A stretch of DNA of 63,896 bases, counting the filler, from Ionaspis alba (taxonomy: Eukaryota): assembly GCA_964255285.1 (NCBI GenBank). It is 3 parts of 3 records of this genome, joined end to end, with 100 filler letters (N's around TTAATTAATTAA, not from the genome) between each part and the next. Parts side by side here need not be neighbours in the genome. Positions count along the whole stretch, not along the records: positions 23,133 to 46,127 come from CAXUUL010000193.1; 2 more parts are not named here. One strand, given 5' to 3'. This document shows positions 27,301 to 39,071 of this stretch, in pieces. Position 1 is the stretch's first letter. Each line of letters begins with the position of its first letter. The position numbers were made by a program, and so were the translations under genes. The notes beneath the pieces are model-generated. The model was not told where the DNA came from, searched no databases, and saw only the letters and a program-made list of their open reading frames with translations.

Positions 27301-29150
27301 TCGAGATGTAGGTTCTCGTGCTCGGAGACTTGTTCCAAACGGTCGAGTGCGAAGGAAGCGGTTCCAAGCTCCTTGTCTTTGCGAATCTCGTTGTAGTCGA
27401 ATACTTGTAGGGTCAGTGCGTCTGCCATTGAGGTGATGATGACATAGACAGTCTCATTCCAACGGGGATTGGCATTCTCCTTCACGATCTTGGTCTTGCC
27501 GAGCGCGGCCCTGCCATTGAGAGAAACGAGAACGTAGGGATCGGGTGAGCCAGATAGTTTATCTGGGTTCTTGAGACCTTGAGCACCGTGTAGAGTGACT
27601 GCGACGACACCAATTGCTTGATCGACAGGATTCCCAGCCAACATCTTGGCAATCTCGACAGGAAATACATTAGGATCGTACATGATAGGCTGAAGGTTGC
27701 CATGGATCTGCTCTTTGATGAAGGATTCGAGTCCAGGGACAAAATTGATATCAAATCCAAGGGTGTCTCCACCAAGGGGCTTGCAGACATAGTCGATATC
27801 TGGCTTTCCGAGGAAGCATATCTCAACTTTCTCGATATGTGGGAATGGAAGCTGTAGCTTGACTTTGATCCGCATGAGGCCAGAGAATGCCATATCTTCG
27901 ACGATCACATCCAGACCTTTGCTAATGACACCTTTTCCGATGCGGACCTCCAAGACAATCTTGGGGTTAACCTTCTCTTTCAATTGTCTTGCAGTAAGAT
28001 CCATCCGATCACCTGGGGTGAAGCTGAACTTCCAATCCATAAGAACAATATCATCCTCGGCCTTGGGGTACGTCTTGACATGATCGAGTCGTGGAGGCTT
28101 CGTTCCGAGTGTGAAGAATTTGAGACGTAGACTATCTAGGAAAGCCGGAGTCGAGGTACTGAGAACCTGGTCGACAGAAGCGATGATGGTTTCGCACAAT
28201 ACTGGGGCGTATATAGGCCAGAATTTGACCAAGAAGCTATTGATCCATTCGAGAGACTCGGTGTCTGTTTCCAATCGAGCTTTTGAAAATTCCCGGTGCA
28301 CATCGTCCCGGAAGTTGCGCCGTACTCGACGGATTGAGGTCCGATAATACGTTCCGCACATTGCCATGACAATGAAGACCCAGCCGAGGCCACCACCAAG
28401 TAGAGCCACGACCCACGACGCTATGCAGGCGAAGATGATTACTCCGGTATTGTGATACCAGTCTATAAACATCAGCATCGCCTTTCGTGGTCTTGAGATT
28501 GTCGTTGAAATATACCTCCGAAAAACTTGTCGTCCAATTTAGTTTCGAGAAGTGTGGCATGATCTAGAAGACTCTCGTTGGCTTCTGCCTCTGTCATTGT
28601 GCCTTCACCAAAGCGCGGCTTCCACCCTACCCGGTCATCCCATCTTGCCTTGTCATCAAGCGGTAATTGTCCGTTGGGCTTTGTTGCAGAACCGTCCGCT
28701 TTTCCAGCGGTTAGCTCAGATATAGCACCTTCTTTGCTTGGTGGAGGAAGGTCGTATTGGTCAGGGGTTCCATCATCCTGTTCAGGCTGTGTTAGTCGGG
28801 AACATTGCAACAGAGTGGATAGAATCAGGCTTACGATGTCTGTAGCTATGGCTGTAGCTTTATGCTGGCGGTGGAAACCTTCGGGCAAGCTCTAATGACC
28901 GGTCATCAGCATTTCCATAAACTGTAGAGCTTCGAATTGTTCATCTCACGGCATGTGCTTGAGCTGCCTTGTCCTCCGGCGACGCGTTGGCGTCGAAATG
29001 ATAGGTTGCAGCACCTGCTCTCTTCGACTCATCCATCATGATCTTTTCGGCATCGCCAGCCGAGATGCTGCTCTGCGGGTCTCGAGCAGCATCCACAGCA
29101 GCGTTCGTCTTGAGCTCGGATGTTTGGGAGGAGTGGTGGCCGGAGAACAT
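24307..29150 (-). CDS. Tricalbin (extended synaptotagmin; ER-plasma membrane tether with TM hairpin, SMP and multiple C2 domains)
   Basis: DWYHNTGVIIFAC hairpin, ESLEWINSFLVKFWPIY (SMP), and C2 motifs GSPDPYV, LNPYAVL, KSDPYVRV, ADRNGYSDPYCKF. Six GT-AG introns link ORFs 28941-29150, 28472-28888, 26055-28478, 25835-26089 and 24307-25662. Confidence 0.95.
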
Positions 29151-30250
29151 CGTTGCTAACCGTGATAGACTTCTTTTCGATACAGAGTCTGTACCTTATG
29201 AAACTGACGAGACAGTGACCTTCAGCTCATCACAACCATTCGTAGCGCGCCGAGCTCAATTGATCGGGAGAACGTCCTGTTGATAAAGTTTTGGGGAAAC
29301 CAAACAACGGGCAAGATTAAGCGATTGGCGCGACTCTTCTGGGTGGTGTTTGCACGGTAGGAGCAAGCGCCGGTCAGACGGCAGGTCTGATAGGATCACT
29401 ACAATAGTAATCCGCCCTCTACCATCGTGGACGATGATGAGAATAATGTGGTGAAGAGCTGAGTGTTGGCCTAGAGCGACGGTAATGATGTGCTCGAGAA
29501 CTCGTTCCTCCCAAGGACCAAGATTGGGATGCTCGGAAGGTAGGGATCATTGGTGCTTAAGAGGCATCCTTGTCGCACCCTACACCGCGCTGTCCAATGA
29601 CCAGATTTGGTTGCGCAGATCAACGAAAGAGCTTGTACTGTTTTGTCCTAGGATTCCTCCAGTAAGAGTGTTTGTATGGACCGATTGGAGTGAGCTGCCC
29701 ACAATACGCTGCAGCGTGGAGGTGATAAGGTCGATCGAGAACACTGCGACTTACACGATGGTGAGGGTCATTCACCTCAGCAGTTACAGATGAACATCTA
29801 TGTGTGATGTCTACACCACATTTCTACCTCAGTACCTATCACCAAATGCCCGGGAGTGGAAGGACGTACAACAATATGCAAGTGTTTCTGCACTATCAAC
29901 GAAACACTAGAATGGTGACCCTATACTGCAACGTCAGGAAATCATTTAAGGTCCCCTATTTTGTTTCAACGGGAATTTAGGTGCTCTATAGCTAGAAGAT
30001 GCCAAGCAGCATGGAAGACCATCACACTCTGGACTTTCGAGAAGCGAAGCGGTTGCCTGGTATCAGCCTGATACCCCAAGGCTCGCTCTTCTCTCTCATG
30101 AACTTGCCCCACTCCACGCTCTACAATGGGCTTCTGGTAGAACTACTTTAGCTTCTATCACTAAGACGGTCCAGTAGTGAATAAGCTCATGCTTGATTTA
30201 ATCTCTGACCCGAATACATTGCTTGTTATGATTTAATACGCACACTGAAA

Positions 30251-31276
30251 ATGGACGAGTCCGAGCTCCCACAGCACTCCGTCACCCACAGCAATGTTAC
30301 TCCCGAGGAGTCCTGGCTCACAGTACGATGTCGTGTGATGATTCTCCACATTACCGTGACCGCAGAAGACCTACGTGAAACGCCCTTCGCGTCTGAGTAT
30401 TCTCGTCTGACAGCCAAGATATACAACGGCACTGACGTCGAGGAGGAAGACTACGAGGCCTTCTATGACTGGATCCTACCACCTTGTCAATCACTTATTC
30501 GGCAGCTGGTCCCTCCAATTCCTGACAGCCCCCTTTCACTGGAAACATTCTATCATCCCTTGATAGAGAGTATCAAGATCACCGTCTGCCGTGGCCGCCT
30601 GCATGCTCAGCACCTCCCAGCTTCGAACAGTGTCGAAAGCATCAACAAGTTAAAGATTGCTTCGCATGAGTTCCGGAGAGGCTTTCCTTGGTTCAACGCC
30701 ACAGACATCTGGATTGTTTCTGCCTCTAAGCCTCATTACGACCATACCAGCGATCCGCCTTCACGGGTCCAAATGATGGATGGGTCAACAAAGTACTTCA
30801 AGCCAGGCTATGTGGCAGAGGATATCAGAAGAGAAATGGACGTCTATGGACGGGTCGAGCGTAGCGGGTGGAAGGGAAAGCTTAGGATTCCAAACCTCTT
30901 CGGTCTTGTTGTGACAGATGAAGGTGGCACAGCTCTAGGATTGCTATATGACTGGATTCCTTCTGGAAGACGAAATCTGTATTGGCCTGACTGTAGACGC
31001 ATGAAAGAACATCATGCAAAATGGGAAGAACAGGTGAGGGAAACTGTATTGCAATTACACAAGCTCGATATTGTGTGGGAGTGTGTACATCCCGGGAACA
31101 TTGTCATTGACGGGAATTTGAATGCTTGGGTTGTTGATTTCACAGGTGGATACGTCGAGTATNNNNNNNNNNNNNNNNNNNNNNNNNNNNNNNNNNNNNN
31201 NNNNNNNNNNNNNNNNNNNNNNNNNNNNNNNNNNNNNNNNNNNNNNNNNNNNNNNNNNNNNNTTGATGGTCGCTAA
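30251..31276 (+). CDS. Fungal protein-kinase-like protein, catalytically degenerate; C-terminus interrupted by a gap
   Basis: Intronless ORF with KYFKP, REMDVY, LRIPNLFGLV, LHKLDIVWECVHPGNIVID...AWVVDFTGG, resembling kinase subdomains II-VII. N-run at 31163-31262. Confidence 0.72.
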   Translation: MDESELPQHSVTHSNVTPEESWLTVRCRVMILHITVTAEDLRETPFASEYSRLTAKIYNGTDVEEEDYEAFYDWILPPCQSLIRQLVPPIPDSPLSLETFYHPLIESIKITVCRGRLHAQHLPASNSVESINKLKIASHEFRRGFPWFNATDIWIVSASKPHYDHTSDPPSRVQMMDGSTKYFKPGYVAEDIRREMDVYGRVERSGWKGKLRIPNLFGLVVTDEGGTALGLLYDWIPSGRRNLYWPDCRRMKEHHAKWEEQVRETVLQLHKLDIVWECVHPGNIVIDGNLNAWVVDFTGGYVEYXXXXXXXXXXXXXXXXXXXXXXXXXXXXXXXXXXDGR

Positions 31277-31377
31277 ATCGCTTAACAAAGCTAGCTTTTG
31301 GCACGTCGTCTCCTTCAATAAGCGCACGAGTACATGAGCATTCAAAGTCTCTCCAATCCATTTACACCTACATCCAA

Positions 31378-33392
31378 TTATCTTGTCCTGATCACCCCAG
31401 CTGCTACCAGTTTCTGAATGTTTGATCTGTACGGGGACGGACCAGTCAGTTTCTGACCACCATTTACGATATCGACTATAAGTTGACTTACCTGATACCT
31501 GCGTTCCTCATGTGCTCCTGGAGGGCGGCAGGATCGCTCTTCGCTTGCTGGAGAATGCTCTGCATGACCGGATCTTGCAGGATTGCCATGATCTACAGCA
31601 CAAATCAGCTTCATCAAAAAAAATCCTCTCCCACAAGTACATACCTCTGGATCTCTCTGTATCCTCTCCGTAGTTTGCTCTTCCGTCTCTCCTTCTCGCC
31701 CAGAAAATTGCGCCTGCAAAGCCTTCTGTTGCTGCTGCTCGATCTCTCTGTGATTTGCTCCGTTCTCATCATGCTCCATAGCTTCGGTACAAACATCCAA
31801 GCACTTGTTGTACTCCTTCATGGCAAAGTAGGCCTGGGCTTTCCGGAGATAAGCACGGATAAACTTGGGGTCTCTCTTGATAGCTTCATCACAGTCCGCC
31901 ACTGCACCAGGGAAAGTCATCAGCTTGATGAGAGCGGCGGCACGATTTGAGTAGCCTCGTGGATCGTCTGGAGCACGCTTGGTCATCTCGGTGTATGCTT
32001 CGACCGCTCCTGGCCAGTCCGCCTCTTTGAACTTCTGATTGCCGAGTTCACGTGCTTTGTCGGCTTCTTCTGGGTTGATGTAGGCAGTCTTTTCAGCAGT
32101 GATCTTCGCCTTCTCAGCTGCACGTAGCTTGTTGAGGATATCAGGGGTCCGGTGCTCAGTCAACGATTTCTGATAGTTGATGATAGCCTTTCCAAGATCA
32201 CCGAGCTTTTCGTAGGATGTACCAATACGGCCAAACGCCCTATGAGATGTCAGCTGATCAACCAATTAATCAAGACAGTGGCGTGACATACTTGGCAATG
32301 ATCTTGAAATCGGTACGAACCTCCCGTCCTTCCTCAATGGCCATCTGACAAGTTGCAATGGCACTCTCATAGTCTCCCTTCTCGAACTCCGCAGCACTCT
32401 TGTTGGTCAGGTACGTAATGTCTTTGTGTAGATCCCAGGCTTTGCTGTAGTGTTCGATGGCAGCGTCGAACTGTCGTTTCTTGTAGTTCTCCGTTCCCAG
32501 CTTCTTCTCCGCTTCCGCCTCTTCCTTAGCCTTCTTCTGCGCTATGGCCTCTTCATCTTCTGGTTCTGGCTCAGGCTCAGGCTCTTTGGTTGGCTTGGCT
32601 GACGCGGGCCGAGCATCTGGCATTGGTGTATCCTCCTCGTGCTCTTTGGGTCCGCCAGGGTGTGCAGTCTCTCCTCCCACATCTCCAGGATTACCGAACG
32701 ACATATCAATGCCTAATAGTACACTCATGACCTGCAAGAACCTCGGATCCCTCATCTCCTCTCCGATACTGTTTGGGTTTTGCTTTAGGCGTTGTAGTTT
32801 GGCCATAAATTGTGGATCGGCGATGAGAGAGCTTGTCTTGGGATTGCTAGCCAGCTTCTGGATCATCTGAGGATCATTGAAAATATTTCCAAGTCCACCG
32901 CTTGCGTCATCGCCCAATCCGTCTGCCTTTGCTTCTGCTTCAATCGCTCTCTTAACTGCAGCAAGTCCTGACTTCGCTTGAGCATTGGCGGGATCGAGCT
33001 TCAGGGCTTCCTCGAAGGCATCATTTGCACCCACTGATGAACAGGTCAGCTGTGATAATGAAAGTTGTTCGGAAACTTTACGAACCCAAGTCTCCTGTGC
33101 CATGGAGAGCCGATCCCTTTCGGCCCCAGCCTTTCGCCCAATCTGGTTTGAGCTCTGTAGTTTTGTTTGCGTCTTCCAGAGCCTTGTCGAAGTTCTTCAG
33201 TGAGGCATAGGCGCCGGATCGGTTCGAGTACAGAACATGATTGGTGGGTTCAATTTCTATGGCTTGCGAAAACTTCTCTCTGTAAGGGTCAGATAGCTGA
33301 TGCATGATTGAATTGAATATCACTTACACTGCTTCGTCAAAGTTCTTAGCAGCAAAAGCTTTGTTGCCTTCAGCTTTCAAAGAGTCTGCCAT
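31378..33392 (-). CDS. STI1: Hsp70/Hsp90 co-chaperone Sti1/HOP (TPR and DP domains)
   Basis: Motifs MADSLKAEGNKAFAAKNFDEA, NHVLYSNRSGAY, DPRFLQVMSVLLG, EHRTPDILNKLR, QRDPEIMAILQDPVMQSILQQA, KLVAAGVIR. Five canonical introns. Confidence 0.97.
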
Positions 33393-33730
33393 TTTGAGAA
33401 GGAGTTCCTTGCAAGGAAATGAATATGTGGCGATAGTAGTTGAAGATGAAGGGTGAAGAGTGATGCAAAATCTGGTGTTTTCTGTCCTGGGCCTATAGAA
33501 ATCGATGGAAACTGGTGTTGATTCGTCGAAGCTCAGACCCTTGTAAGGCTTAAGTCCGAACTCACCGCTTTCAATCGCGGTGGCAGAATAATATATCTTT
33601 GTTTGAGTCGCGTGTCGAGTCATTTATTGCAAGAGACAAATGATCTCGAAGAGTGCATCTAGCTTGGCATGAGCATTTCCAAATCACCATGTCTATCCAG
33701 TGCTTACAGTGATCCTCGATCTGCGACATC

Positions 33731-34837
33731 ATGCCAGCTGAAATAGAGGATGGTCTCGATGGCCTAGTCCAGCCATCGAGTCCCAAAGAACTTTACAATG
33801 CTCTCTACGCATCCTGCGCAAGCCAAGCTCCTGACAAGGTCTTTAGTCAAGAAGATTTGCTCTCATTGAACCTGATTCCTAAAGATAATCTACAAGAATT
33901 GTCCGACTGCCTGAATCGACTCTGCAGAGATGGCTTGTTCAGAACCCAACAAAAAGGTGGTGCTATGTGCTGGAAAGTTGTCAAGAAAGAGGATGCCGCA
34001 AAGTCAGAGCCCTGCATTACTGTCTGATAACCGTAATACGCTGATAGTGGTAACAGATATCAAAACCTGAGTATCGAAGAGGCCCTCGTCTTTTCCTACG
34101 TCGAATCCTCGGGTCGTGAAGGAATCTGGACGAAAACAATCCGCAGTCGCACAAACCTGCACCAAACGGTCATGCTTCGCTGCCTAAAGTCCTTAGAACA
34201 AAAAGTCTTCATCAAGCCGATTCAAAGTGCCAAGTTCCCTAAGCGAAAAATATACATCCTTGCCCACTTGCAACCATCTGATGACGTGACTGGTGGACCG
34301 TTCTATACTGATGGCATTCTGGACGAAGAATTCGTGCATCAATTAGGTCTCTGGGTGGAAAACTACGTGCTCAAGAGGAGCTGGTATCATCCTCCGACCA
34401 AAGCGCTCGTCAAGAAGAGAGGCAAATCGAAACTTTCACAGGAGGAAGCTGATGAGATAAGAGCTGGGGAGCATACAGAGGCTGCTAAGAATTCCGCCAG
34501 GGCTATGCTGCCTATGCCTGCGGGATTCACCGGCTATCCAACCATTCCGCAAATCACGAAAGCTATGAACGAGTCTGGGCTGTCGGGAGTTGTCATGAAG
34601 GAGGCCGAGATCAGGCAACTAATGGATATTCTTTGTTGGGATGGTCGATTGACGAAGGTTATGGGTGGCAAAGGATACAAGTACGTACGACAGGTAACCT
34701 CCGATGATGGGCAGCATGCACGCAATGGCCTTACGGAAGCGCCTTGCGGGACTTGTCCGGTGTTTGATCTCTGCGAGGAGGGAGGCCCAGTCAACGCTAA
34801 GACATGCGAGTATTTTCAAACTTGGTTGGCCATTTGA
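33731..34837 (+). CDS. RPC34: RNA polymerase III subunit C34 (RPC6)
   Basis: Motifs SSGREGIWTKTIRSRTNLHQ, CLKSLEQK, PSDDVTGGPFYTDG, and C-terminal Cys cluster PCGTCPVFDLC...CEYF (Fe-S motif in many orthologues). Intron 34003-34056. Confidence 0.93.
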
Positions 34838-36983
34838 GGGCTCGATGCACTGGTAGTGTGTATTTCATTTCCAGGAGAAGCATGGAACAGTCTTGCATAG
34901 CGCTGGGGGCCTTTATCATTCACAGATACCAGGAGAAGATGGCGTTGTGCAATGCTGCTCAGGACTATCAAAGTAGCTGACTATCCCGAGGATTCCGGAA
35001 TTTAGACTTTAGGCAGCCCCATTGTTCGTTCCACTCCCCACTGCCAGTGATCGGATATGCAAGATAGAAATAACCTCGAAAGGAATGTTTGGTGTGAGCT
35101 TCCGTGGTGGTGCCGAATCACCTGACAAAATGTTCGAATGGATAAGACCCGTCCTTCAGCAGTCAACAGCTTATTGCCTTCGCATATTCCCGTGGCTACG
35201 CGAGTTAATGGTTAGTGTCCGACGAATGCCGACAATCTCCTCAGACGGAGAATGGAATGTATGGGTGTAGGGTTCCACTACATTGGTTACTGTGAAAACA
35301 GTGAATGATCGAGCCAAGGAATATTGGCTCGAACTCCACGAACCTTGGCGAGCTGAGATTTGAAATCCCGCATTGACGCGTAGATGCGGCGGGTATGCTA
35401 CCTCCAACACAGAATCCGATGATGCGCTGCATGACGGGGTGGGGATGTTTTGAGAAGCAGAAGCATGTCTTCCATCGAGTAATTTCGTTCAGGCGTTGTC
35501 ATCTTGGAAACGATTAGAAAGCAAGGGACGTCCACCGGGAAGGGCAGAGTGGACCAGGCGATTAAGGCGTTAGGCAACAAACGCATAAAAGAGCCTCAGA
35601 ATGGGAGGAGTGGGTCCGGAGGTATCATGGGATACGGCCGTTAATGGGTTGGAGCTGCGTAATTGCGATAATTGGTTTTGGACGGTCAATCGTATTGGGT
35701 TGCGGTCTCAAGGCTGAGAATTGCAATCGCAGACACCTTCACAGCGGCTCTCCACGAGTTTGTCAGTAACCTGCTGGTGGAAGTTGCCGCAGACGTCACA
35801 TTGAGCAGGTGTACGCGGCTGTGTACCCGTACCGAGAAGACGAAAGAGGCTGAATGGTGACATTTCAACCTTCTAGAATGAAGTAATTGACGCCGCAAAC
35901 TGTGGGCTGTGTTGATTAGGGGTCAATGTGCCAAAATCACGCTAAGCCTAAATCAGCGCGGTAAGCCAGATTAGTCGCGCCTCATGGTGAGAGCCCTGCG
36001 TTGAGAGCTGAGAACGCTTTGAATTCGTTCCGACAGCTCAATCACAATCGTGTCTTGTTACTACCTCGTTGGGGGAACGGATCACGGATCCTCGAAAATG
36101 CGTCTTGAGCCTCATGCCCAGTCATCTTAAGATGTGGCTTGACAGCAAACCACGCCGTACTCGTAATATCCTCTGGCTCATCTTCCACCACGACCACCAG
36201 TCATCTTCAAGCGAGCCACAGGTTGGATCCTCTCAATCCAAAGGGATCAATCCTTGCCAGCGAGACGCATTATCTCAACCTATCAAGCCCAGGTCTCTGC
36301 TCGGCTTGTAGCGGTAGGATGCAGTCAGCCTTGCGCCTGTTGGGGGCCACACGTGCAAACCATGTCCGGCACAGCCTCCTCATCCTTCCCTTTCGGGGTG
36401 TTTACACCTCCAACCTCGACGTGACTTGATCACCACGCGGACGGACGTCAAATAACTCAATCGAAAGCCGAAGAATCAACCCACGAATTCCAATTCCTTG
36501 GAACGTGACGTCGGCGATTCGGAACAATGGATTTCTTGGCGATAGGGCAAACAGCTCGCCAAGGCAGATTTTGACCACAAAGTCCTGCAGGCAGCCATTG
36601 CCTTACATTTTCCATATCCTTTTCTTCTCTAATGGTGGGCTCATTCAAGCTGAATCCTAATATCCCCCATGTCGAGGCTTTTTCTTCGGCATCCTATATG
36701 ATGACTCTTATCCCTTTCATTGATCGAAACCCAGTGCACATCCCTCTAGCTCTTCTTCCTTCATCCAACTACAAATCTCTTCATACTGCACAACATCCCT
36801 AGTCCAATATCGACAACTCATACCTGCATCCATCTACTGTAACTGCTTCCTCCAATATCATCACTGTCTCCAAACACCTCAATCTCCCATTCGTACTGAG
36901 ACGAGAGCACACTCCGAAGCCCTAATCTCTCGTGGTGCCAAGCCCACCTCTCTACCCTCTCATCTCGAACCCAACAACCAGCC

Positions 36984-37691
36984 ATGCCTCTCTTCCCTCA
37001 AATCGTCACCGACATCGAGATCCGGGAGCGTCGCCAACGCTACCCCGGAGAGCCCCGCTACAAACGCCTCGACTTCATTCGCAACCGGACAACAACCAAC
37101 TCAGATGTCTGGGACGTCGTCCGTACCACCCGTCCCCAAGTCTACCAGCCACAAATACCCTACGAAGTCGTCTATCGACCGGTTGTGCCAGGCCAAATGC
37201 CAGGTCAAATGATGCCCGGCCCACGACCCCCAGTACAATATATCCCCGGCTATCCGCCTCAGCAACAACTGCCCTGGCACGGTCAACCACATCACGGTCC
37301 TGGCCATGGCAGCCAATTCGGTGGCCACCACGGTGGGCCCCCTCCGCCACCTCACCATGGCCAGCAGCCCCTGCTCACTAATGGTCCGGAACCGGTCATT
37401 AAGTTGGACTCCGACGACGATGACGACGACATCTCTTTTGTGACTATCAAGCCGAAGAAATATAGAGACCGTGGCCCGATTGTCCGCATGCCGAGCCGCA
37501 GTCGATCGAAATCGATTCTTAGGACGTATCGGAAGGTTTATGATGATAGTAGTGATAGTGATGATGATTGGAGGAGACGTCACTCGAGGTCCAGGTCTAG
37601 GGGAAGGGGGAGGTCGCCGTATGATAGTGATGATAGCCTTGAGAACCATTACAGGAGGAAGTCGAGGACGAGGGGTCGGAGAGGGTGGTAG
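36984..37691 (+). CDS. Hypothetical low-complexity protein (Pro/Gln/His-rich middle, acidic and RS-rich C-terminus)
   Basis: 235-aa ATG-initiated ORF with good start context (GCCATG) after a pyrimidine-rich leader. No recognised domain. Confidence 0.65.
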   Translation: MPLFPQIVTDIEIRERRQRYPGEPRYKRLDFIRNRTTTNSDVWDVVRTTRPQVYQPQIPYEVVYRPVVPGQMPGQMMPGPRPPVQYIPGYPPQQQLPWHGQPHHGPGHGSQFGGHHGGPPPPPHHGQQPLLTNGPEPVIKLDSDDDDDDISFVTIKPKKYRDRGPIVRMPSRSRSKSILRTYRKVYDDSSDSDDDWRRRHSRSRSRGRGRSPYDSDDSLENHYRRKSRTRGRRGW

Positions 37692-39071
37692 ATTCACTGA
37701 GGGATGGTGGAGCGGAAGGGGTAACGACCGTCACGATGGGAGTTTATGATGGAGTTCTCAGGCGTTGCATTACTTGGTCATTGGCCTGGAGACATATCGG
37801 TTAGAGGTTTCTGGTGCACGGGAATGGCTTCGCATTGCTTGAGTTCTCATTGACTTCTTATTTTTTGCTTTGGATGTCAATACTCTTCTGTTCTTCGTTG
37901 AGCATTCCCTTTGTTGATAATAGATAGATACTCAATACAACAGCCAGTCATTACCGAACAATCTGAAGAAATTGACTTGTGAGCTAACGACCGTTGTTCC
38001 AGATGACGCAGTGCGCAAGGAATACCAATCAGAACACACAGACCAGGGTTTCCTTTCTATAATCCAAGGACCGATATGGTCTGGTCTCGCAATAGCTCAA
38101 GCAAAAGAGGTTGTCCTTCAGCCAGTCACAAGAAAGCTACTGTCAGGGCTTCGCACGATCTGACATCCCTCCTCGAATTATGGTTTGATCTGCCCCTCGA
38201 CCGACTGCCAAGCCTGGACCCTTTTTCTCGAGCCGAGGAAGCTTCGAATCTTCGCGCGGGAAGCGAGTGACGAGGCTCCATTGGTACTCACACGACAACA
38301 ACATATCTTTGCGCATATCTGTGGTCATATATATCTCGTATAAGGAGCAACTATGCACGCTCCCTCCCACGTCTTCAGGCTCCTCACCTACGAATCATGC
38401 AAAATCCCATGAGAATGTCACGCGGGTTACTTCCCTTCCACGATAGCGGCCCCTCATCTGAATCTAGGCACTATCGAGGCACTGTTACGTGGGCCAAGCA
38501 CACCGTCTTATCAACGGCGGGCTTTTTGGCTTCGGAGCCCCAGTCCATGGCGTGATGCAGTGAGCAGCTCTAGCGGCCAACTTCACCCCACTTCGTTAGT
38601 GGATATCAATTTGACCGGCATTGGTGATACGCAGGATCCTTAAGAGGAGGATCTTTCCCTCGCGTGGTGGGATTTCTTTTCCGTTTCTTCTGCATCGTGC
38701 TGCGTGCATTGTGTTTATCGCATAAGAACCATCAGCTGAAATCTAGTTGTTTGCATCGAATTCGTTGTGTTTGAGAAGAGCTGGTTTTGTTGCTTTGAAC
38801 GTATAGCAAGCTATCATTATCAATTGTACTCCGGTAGCGAAGAGAAAAAAAAATACATACAGTGCTCTAAGCTTCGCAAACCGCAGCTCCAGCGTGAAAG
38901 TGTGCCAGCACCACCTCTCCACCCCACGAACTTTCGATAGCACCATCGCCGAAAGCACCAAACCTCGCTTTCGACCAGCTGCCTCCATCGCGCCAACCCG
39001 CAGCCCACATCCAAATCCGACGTCCCAATTCACCACAAGCCACAAGCAGCAATCAACCACCGCCATCCACC

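Noticed and set aside
35660..35671. 12-nt antisense match to 18S rRNA (TAATTGCGATAA) as a snoRNA guide
   Set aside because: No adjacent CTGA D-box, and 12-mer matches to rRNA are expected by chance in a window this size.
34840..36980. Telomerase RNA or RNase MRP RNA in the 2-kb gene-free interval
   Set aside because: There is no TAACCCTAA-type template. The ACAATGGGGCT word near 35020 lacks the matching GAAAGTCCCC P4 strand.
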